From assembly GCA_903823635.1 (NCBI GenBank), contig CAIJTV010000149.1:1-31146 (forward strand): 31,146 nucleotides of DNA, in the 5' to 3' direction. The notes beneath the pieces were generated by a model that saw only the letters and a program-made list of their open reading frames with translations, ran no database searches and was not told where the DNA came from. A program made the position numbers and the translations under genes. Source of the stretch: an uncultured Planctomycetaceae bacterium (GTDB taxonomy: Bacteria > Planctomycetota > Planctomycetia > Planctomycetales > Planctomycetaceae). Of the stretch, positions 26,233-31,146 are shown piece by piece. How positions within the stretch are numbered: position 1 is the stretch's first letter; each line of letters begins with the position of its first letter.

Positions 26233-28385
26233 TTGTTCGGTCTCGGTTGGTGCTTTAAGTGTTCGGTGAGGAATTGATAAGCTCGCTCTCGCGACACTCT
26301 GGGGAATGAGTGGCCCGCATCAACTCCGACTGACTGCAAGTGCGATTCGCTATTGTACAGCTTGTACACCGATTCGGCCTGTTGCTGCACGTGGCGAATA
26401 CCGGACGCTGAAAAATCATCATCCTTTTCCGCGTAGCAGGCCATGAACGGCCGTGGGGCGAGAGCCGCAATCAGCTCATGAAAGTCAACCGGCATTTTTC
26501 GAATGTCATTTTCAAATGACGTCGCGATCAATGGCATGTAGCGAGGACCTGTCCAACTGGGAAGATCGTCCTCCGAGAGACTCGTGAATCCGCAGCTGGA
26601 CACGATCGCCTGAATTCTGGGCTCAAACACCGCTGTGAAAATGGCATTATGACCGCCCAAAGAATGACCGATGCTGCCGATTCGGGCGGGATCCACTTCC
26701 GGCATCGTTTCCAGCAGATCGATGGCTCGAGAATTGTCCCAGATCGCCTTCATCGTTCCGCTTTGGTACTGGTCAGCGTCGAAATCGTGAGTGTATTCGC
26801 CAAATGAAGGGTAGTCGGGAGCGATCGTCACGAATCCGGCTTCGGCCAATTCGAGCGCATATTTCATGTCCGGGTCGCCCTGAAGACCGGCTGGCTCATC
26901 CTTTCCGGCCGAGGTCGTTTGTTGCAGACACAACACTCCTGGATACGGAACTGTTGTCTTCGCGGGACTCTGATCGCTGTTCTGTTTTCTTTCGGAGGTT
27001 TCTGAAAGCGGAATGAACACATACGCCGGCACGCGACTCTCCGCATCCGACTGATACGTTAGCTTTCGCCTCAGCAATGGGCGACTCACCTCTGGAGGAT
27101 TGAGTATGACCTCTTCAGAGATCATCGGATTCAGCGGAACTCGTTTCATAGGCGAGAGATACTTTCCGGTGATCCGCTCCAGATGTCTACGTATGTGATC
27201 CCGGCGATGCTCCCAGTCAGAAATCTGTTTAACTTCAGCCCGCTGACCTGCTGAATCAATTCGGTATGTCAGATCCTGGTGATCCGGGTAGTCCGGAAGA
27301 GATGTCTCTGCTTCAAACCGGCCGACCGGGAAACCGTGACTGTAATCAATCATGAATGCTCCCGAAGACGTTCGATAGCGAATCACGTCTTTGTGATCGA
27401 AGTCGGTTTGTTCCTGACTTCGAAGGGGAAGTGACACATCGCGGAGTGTCGACTGATCGCTCACAACACCGGCTTGTTCCAGAACTATTCGCGTTCGGTC
27501 GCCCAATGAATGTCCTGTTGAAGTGTAGGTCTTGCCATCGATACGCGTCTTATCAACGAAGATGGGCTTTACCTTAAGGCCGCCCGCCTGCATCAAAGCC
27601 ACCATTTCCTGGGCGTCCGAAAACGGACATGTCTTATCATCAACGCCGTGGATGACGACGATTTGTGACTCGGTGTCCAGCCGTTTCATTTCACGGAGAT
27701 GATCCGGATTCCCGACGAATCGCAACTCCTGTGCGTCGAGCGAAAGGAAAAACGGGTTTGTGCTGTCCTGACTCCAGCGAGCATTCAGATCGCTCCCGCC
27801 CGGCAGATTGAAGGCGATGTCATCGGATAGCTTTTTCATGCCGCACATGTCAATCACACTGGCGAAGGTTCGCGGTGCGAGTTTGTTGGCCATGAGCGTC
27901 ACATTGCCGCCGCCAGATCCTCCCGTGGAATAGATGCGGCGATCGTTGTAGTGGATGTTCTGCTCATGCAAACTGCTTCGGACAAACCAGAGTGCACGCA
28001 AAACATCAAGTCCCTGCAGGTATCCGAAGTCATAGGGCTCGGGCCCCTGAATCGAATCCACTTGTCCGCTCTGCAAGTAGTTGACGCAGATCGCGATCAC
28101 ATTCAGCTTTCGAGCCAGTACCACAGGAGACGCGGTGCCGACACAATCTGTTCCTCCCCAGTTGTGCAGCGTCAGCATCAGTCCGGTCTCTGGCCGTACA
28201 CTTTCCTTCGTACCATCCGGGAAATGTATCAGGATGCGGATTTTTCGCGGGCCCGGCCGGAGTGACCATTCCTGAGCCGGTAGTTCGACTGCTCCATCTT
28301 TGTCTGGCAATGCCGGCCATTCGTCGGCCTTTGCTGGTGAAATGAGCAAGGTGGACAGAAGTCCCATGAACAATAATTTTCGCAT
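26229..28385 (-). CDS. Secreted tandem alpha/beta-hydrolase: DUF2920-like N-terminal domain plus acetyl-xylan-esterase/dienelactone-hydrolase-like C-terminal domain
   Basis: Probable start MRKLLF (28385; the ORF track GTG at 28418 is possible) with signal peptide ...SPAKA. Domain 1: YDFGYLQGLD..RAL, YSTGGSGGG, LAPRTFASVID. Domain 2: PGVLCL, IGSIGHSLGG, DFHELIAALAPRP, GHSF. Confidence 0.85.
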   Translation of the reverse strand: MRKLLFMGLLSTLLISPAKADEWPALPDKDGAVELPAQEWSLRPGPRKIRILIHFPDGTKESVRPETGLMLTLHNWGGTDCVGTASPVVLARKLNVIAICVNYLQSGQVDSIQGPEPYDFGYLQGLDVLRALWFVRSSLHEQNIHYNDRRIYSTGGSGGGNVTLMANKLAPRTFASVIDMCGMKKLSDDIAFNLPGGSDLNARWSQDSTNPFFLSLDAQELRFVGNPDHLREMKRLDTESQIVVIHGVDDKTCPFSDAQEMVALMQAGGLKVKPIFVDKTRIDGKTYTSTGHSLGDRTRIVLEQAGVVSDQSTLRDVSLPLRSQEQTDFDHKDVIRYRTSSGAFMIDYSHGFPVGRFEAETSLPDYPDHQDLTYRIDSAGQRAEVKQISDWEHRRDHIRRHLERITGKYLSPMKRVPLNPMISEEVILNPPEVSRPLLRRKLTYQSDAESRVPAYVFIPLSETSERKQNSDQSPAKTTVPYPGVLCLQQTTSAGKDEPAGLQGDPDMKYALELAEAGFVTIAPDYPSFGEYTHDFDADQYQSGTMKAIWDNSRAIDLLETMPEVDPARIGSIGHSLGGHNAIFTAVFEPRIQAIVSSCGFTSLSEDDLPSWTGPRYMPLIATSFENDIRKMPVDFHELIAALAPRPFMACYAEKDDDFSASGIRHVQQQAESVYKLYNSESHLQSVGVDAGHSFPRVSRERAYQFLTEHLKHQPRPNK

Positions 28386-28608
28386 CCGCCCCGTTATCCT
28401 TTCTGAGAGTTGAGCCACTCCTGTCGCTTATCAGAAATCGTATGTTTCAGATGGGTCTTCGTCCTTCGATACAGGACACTGTTCTGACAACTTTCTCTCC
28501 GGCATTGCGATTGCTGAGGCTGACTCCGGTTCGGCTGCGTATCACACGTTTGGTCGCTATGATCGCCGAACTTGTTGCCCGGTTTTTTGTTTCTTTGGGA
28601 GCCTTCCT

Positions 28609-29706
28609 GTGCTGTCTACTCGGTTTTTTCTCCCGTCTGTGTTTCTGGTTCTCCTCGCTGGCTGCGGAGAAAAGCCTGCTCAGAAGCCTGCACTTCCTCC
28701 GATCAGTGAATCCGAAACGTCTGCGATCAAAGCCCTCAGCGATGCGAAAGCTGTGGTAAAGACGGATGATTCCGGAGCGGCTGTCGATGTGAGCCTTGCG
28801 AAGCTTGAAGTCACGTCCGACATCATCGGTCTGCTGGCCAAGTTGCCTTCGTTGCGAACATTGAATCTTTCTGAGTCTGCCCTCAGCGATGAGACTCTCA
28901 CGGCGCTGGAGAAAGCCGTTCCGAAACTGGCTAGTCTGGATGTACGTGGTTGCGAATTGTCCGATAAATCGGCCGAGTTGCTCGCCCATTTCACCGGCCT
29001 TCGTGCTCTTCGATTCTCCGGAAAGAGCGGCAAAACGACGATCAGTGACGACGGTCTGAAACTTCTGGCTGCCTGCAAGTCGTTGAAGGTTCTGGCGCTG
29101 GACGACCTCTGGATAGGCACTCCCGGCCTCGAAGCTCTTTCCGGACTTTCTGAGCTGGAAGAACTTTACCTTGCCGGCACCGTCGTTGATGACGACTCTT
29201 GCAAGTTGATCGCAAAGTACCCCAGGATTCGAAAACTGCGTCTGGCTCGTACTCAGGTCAGTGACGCCGGTTTGGAAGCGTTGTCTGGCTGCAAAACACT
29301 GGAAGAAATCGATCTGAGCGAAGACTCGCTGATCTCTGATGAGGGGATGGCTCACCTCGCCAAACTGACTAATCTTAAGAAGCTCAATCTTTGGCGAGTT
29401 CAGATTACGGATGCCGGAGCGATTCTGCTGGCTCCTCTGACCAAACTGCTGTGGCTCAATTTGGACAACAGCAAACTGGCGGATGGTGGCCTGGTGTTGC
29501 TGAAGGACATGAAGTCGCTGACATTCCTTCACATAGGCTCAACTCAAGTCACGGAAGCCGGTGCAGCGTCTCTCTTTCACCTGAAGACATTGAAGGATCT
29601 CAAGGTCACTCGTACCGCTTTGGGTGCCAGCGATTCTGCTGTTGCAGAGCTCAAAAAAAACCTGCCTGACACTGTTATTCAAACTGAATATGTTGAGGCT
29701 GAATAA
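28609..29706 (+). CDS. Leucine-rich repeat lipoprotein, 365 aa
   Basis: GTG start, lipobox LLAG-C, and about ten ~24-25-aa repeats of the LxxLxLxxxx(V/I)xDxGxxxL type. Confidence 0.92.
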   Translation: MLSTRFFLPSVFLVLLAGCGEKPAQKPALPPISESETSAIKALSDAKAVVKTDDSGAAVDVSLAKLEVTSDIIGLLAKLPSLRTLNLSESALSDETLTALEKAVPKLASLDVRGCELSDKSAELLAHFTGLRALRFSGKSGKTTISDDGLKLLAACKSLKVLALDDLWIGTPGLEALSGLSELEELYLAGTVVDDDSCKLIAKYPRIRKLRLARTQVSDAGLEALSGCKTLEEIDLSEDSLISDEGMAHLAKLTNLKKLNLWRVQITDAGAILLAPLTKLLWLNLDNSKLADGGLVLLKDMKSLTFLHIGSTQVTEAGAASLFHLKTLKDLKVTRTALGASDSAVAELKKNLPDTVIQTEYVEAE

Positions 29707-30080
29707 TTCGTTTGTGCATATCGAGTCAGTTAAACTGATTCTGGTGTTCTCTGACTCATCTTCTACCTTGATAACGACCCCGACGCCAATTGTTGATAAC
29801 TTGTTGATAACTCTGTGGTGAACCCGGAGGTTACTTGTTTGTTCTGCATATGACTTTGAGAAGCTCGCTTCACAGGTTGTTGATCCTTCTGCTCTTTCCC
29901 CACCGACTTGAAAGAGCTTTTCCACGGATTTCCTTACGGTTACTCACTTTCGTCTGAATCTGTAAAGTGTTTATCAGAAGAAGGTTATGACCTGGGAAAT
30001 GGTAGTTATCAACATTTGTTTGCCGTTCTATTACTGATACTTCTATCTTTTAAATCCTTTTCCAAACACAAACGCAAAGC
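29707..30080. other. Candidate chromosomal replication origin (oriC)
   Basis: Non-coding and AT-rich (18/60 GC at 30001-30060). DnaA-box-like TTATCAACA at 29791-29799(-), 29802-29810(-) and 30006-30014(+); TTCACCACA 29814-29822(-); TTTTCCACG 29918-29926; TTTTCCAAA 30058-30066. Trio-like TTCTATTACTGATACTTCTAT at 30026-30046 after GCCG. Confidence 0.68.
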
Positions 30081-30083
30081 CAC

Positions 30084-30117
30084 AAAAAATCCCGGTTGAT
30101 GTGACTCAACCGGGATT
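30084..30117 (-). terminator. Rho-independent terminator of the Gfo/Idh/MocA gene
   Basis: 12-bp stem AATCCCGGTTGA (30088-30099) / TCAACCGGGATT (30106-30117), with an A run at 30084-30089 (U tract on the minus strand). Confidence 0.88.
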
Positions 30118-30150
30118 CCTTTGGTTCAAGCGATCTTCGCTTAGAACAGA

Positions 30151-30909
30151 TCAGACCACTTCCCAACCTGCTCGATATTCCTTTGTGATCAGCTTGGCAG
30201 CTTCAGGAACATTCTTTGCCACAAGGTTCTCAGCGTCCCACTCAATCGCCTTGCCGGTGCGATAGGCCACGTTGCCCAGCAACACTGTTTCGGTTAAAGC
30301 ACCGGAGTAATCAAAGTTGCAGGTGGTCGGGGAACCGTCCTTGCAGGCTTTGATCCACTCAGCGTGATGTCCGATCGAATTTGGGATCGTCTGAGCTGGT
30401 GGCTTGAAGTCGGCAAACTTGTCAGCCGGGAACAAGCGATAGCGACTGTAGTCGGAGAACAGCGAACCGTTCGAACCGACAAACATGACGCCGTTTGCCG
30501 GAACGGGCTGACCGGCAACCTTCTTCGGAATCAGATCGCCGTCGTACCAGGTCAGCTTGAGAGCTGGCATCGATCCACGGGCCGGGAAGTCGTACTTCAC
30601 GATCAGCCCGAGCGGACAGGTTTCCGGGTGAACTTTTGGGCCTTCCGCTTCGCAACGGACAGGATGTTTGAGATCAAGAGCCCAGAACGGCAGGTCCATG
30701 TAATGGCAGGCCATGTCGCCGAGCGTGCCCTGACCGAAATCCCACCAGCGTCGCCAGTTGGCTGGATGGTACTGACCATCAGCGTACGGACGCTCAGGAG
30801 CAGGACCAAGCCACAGATCCCAGTTCAGGCTGGCAGGTACCGGATCGGCCTTCGCAGGACGTTCGCCGCCGCCCCAGCCCTTCCCAACCCAAACATGAAC
30901 TTCCGTTAC
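30151..30909 (-). CDS. Gfo/Idh/MocA family oxidoreductase, C-terminal part only (5'-truncated)
   Basis: The frame extends upstream of the track ATG: VTEVHVWVGKGWGGGERP...LNWDLWLGPAPERPY...HPANWRRWWDFGQGTLGDMACHYMD. The N-terminal Rossmann domain is absent. In-frame stop at 30916-30918. Confidence 0.9.
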   Translation of the reverse strand, partial: VTEVHVWVGKGWGGGERPAKADPVPASLNWDLWLGPAPERPYADGQYHPANWRRWWDFGQGTLGDMACHYMDLPFWALDLKHPVRCEAEGPKVHPETCPLGLIVKYDFPARGSMPALKLTWYDGDLIPKKVAGQPVPANGVMFVGSNGSLFSDYSRYRLFPADKFADFKPPAQTIPNSIGHHAEWIKACKDGSPTTCNFDYSGALTETVLLGNVAYRTGKAIEWDAENLVAKNVPEAAKLITKEYRAGWEVV

Positions 30910-31146
30910 AACGTCCTAATCCCCCTCAAAAACCCACCCTAAAAAATCAAGCTATAAAACCCACAAATAACAACCAATCCCCTAAAAAGCCTCCTAGGGG
31001 TGGCGGCGGCAATAATAACGGTGGTGGCGGCAATAACAATCCTCCTCCACCCTCACCGTGGTTAGACCCCGAAAACGAACCTCAACCCGACCAATCAGCC
31101 AGTTTTGTCGAATATCTCCGTTGGATGCGTGCTGCCGACTATCCAC
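30906..31146 (+). CDS. cmr6: Fragment resembling the N-terminus of cyanobacterial-type type III-B CRISPR RAMP protein Cmr6 (no start codon, runs off the window)
   Basis: Open frame LQRPNPPQKPTLKNQAIKPTNNNQSPKKPPRGGGGNNNGGGGNNNPPPPSPWLDPENEPQPDQSASFVEYLRWMRAADYP. The SPWL...ASFVEYLRWMR motif is recognised from memory as cyanobacterial Cmr6. A/T-ending codons differ from the host genes. Confidence 0.65.

Noticed and set aside
28447-29532. 361-aa minus-strand ORF
   Set aside because: It is the antisense shadow of the LRR lipoprotein, and its periodicity derives from the LRR repeats.
29761-29822. TTGATAAC repeats considered as a CRISPR array or iteron set
   Set aside because: The units are only 8-10 bp with irregular 11-25 bp spacing and no unique spacers. 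They fit DnaA boxes better. No CRISPR array was seen anywhere in the window.
29539-30099. ORFs 29539-29925(-), 29624-29821(+) and 29908-30099(+)
   Set aside because: No RBS or motifs and atypical composition. The region is better explained as a non-coding origin-like locus.
30364-30942. 192-aa plus-strand ORF
   Set aside because: It is antisense to the oxidoreductase and crosses the junction in a different frame from the Cmr6-like peptide.
30998-31040. GGTGGCGGCGGCAATAATAAC tandem duplication as a stand-alone DNA repeat
   Set aside because: It is explained as coding low complexity (GGGGNNN twice) within the Cmr6-like fragment.

Overview
A ~31 kb chromosomal segment from a Planctomycete. The evidence is the PSCyt/DUF1549/DUF1553-DUF1501 pair, a LEPR-xLL-like motif, and PVC-type cytochrome and LRR proteins. 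The left edge holds the 3' end of a tyrosine integrase abutting tRNA-Pro(GGG), followed by the SRP RNA (ffs). The middle holds an acidic repeat protein, a FabF-like ketosynthase lacking the catalytic Cys, a DUF1553/DUF1501 pair, a membrane-anchored thioredoxin, a pentaheme-PA14 cytochrome with a beta-propeller partner, and a dimethylformamidase-like protein. It continues with a troABCD-type Mn/Zn/Fe ABC transporter whose two permeases each carry a DtxR-like domain, a 64-aa histone H1-like gene behind a structured leader, a hydrolase/PCD/LarA-like operon and an LRR lipoprotein. Two signals are missing from the ORF track. (1) An AT-rich intergenic region (~29710-30080) has several DnaA-box-like 9-mers and a DnaA-box / GC-cluster / DnaA-trio-like / AT-tract module. 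It is a candidate oriC with no dnaA or dnaN nearby. (2) At ~30906 the Gfo/Idh/MocA gene is cut and joined to compositionally foreign DNA encoding what looks like the N-terminus of a cyanobacterial-type CRISPR Cmr6. This is most likely an assembly chimera at the sequence end. All family assignments come from motif recognition without database searches.
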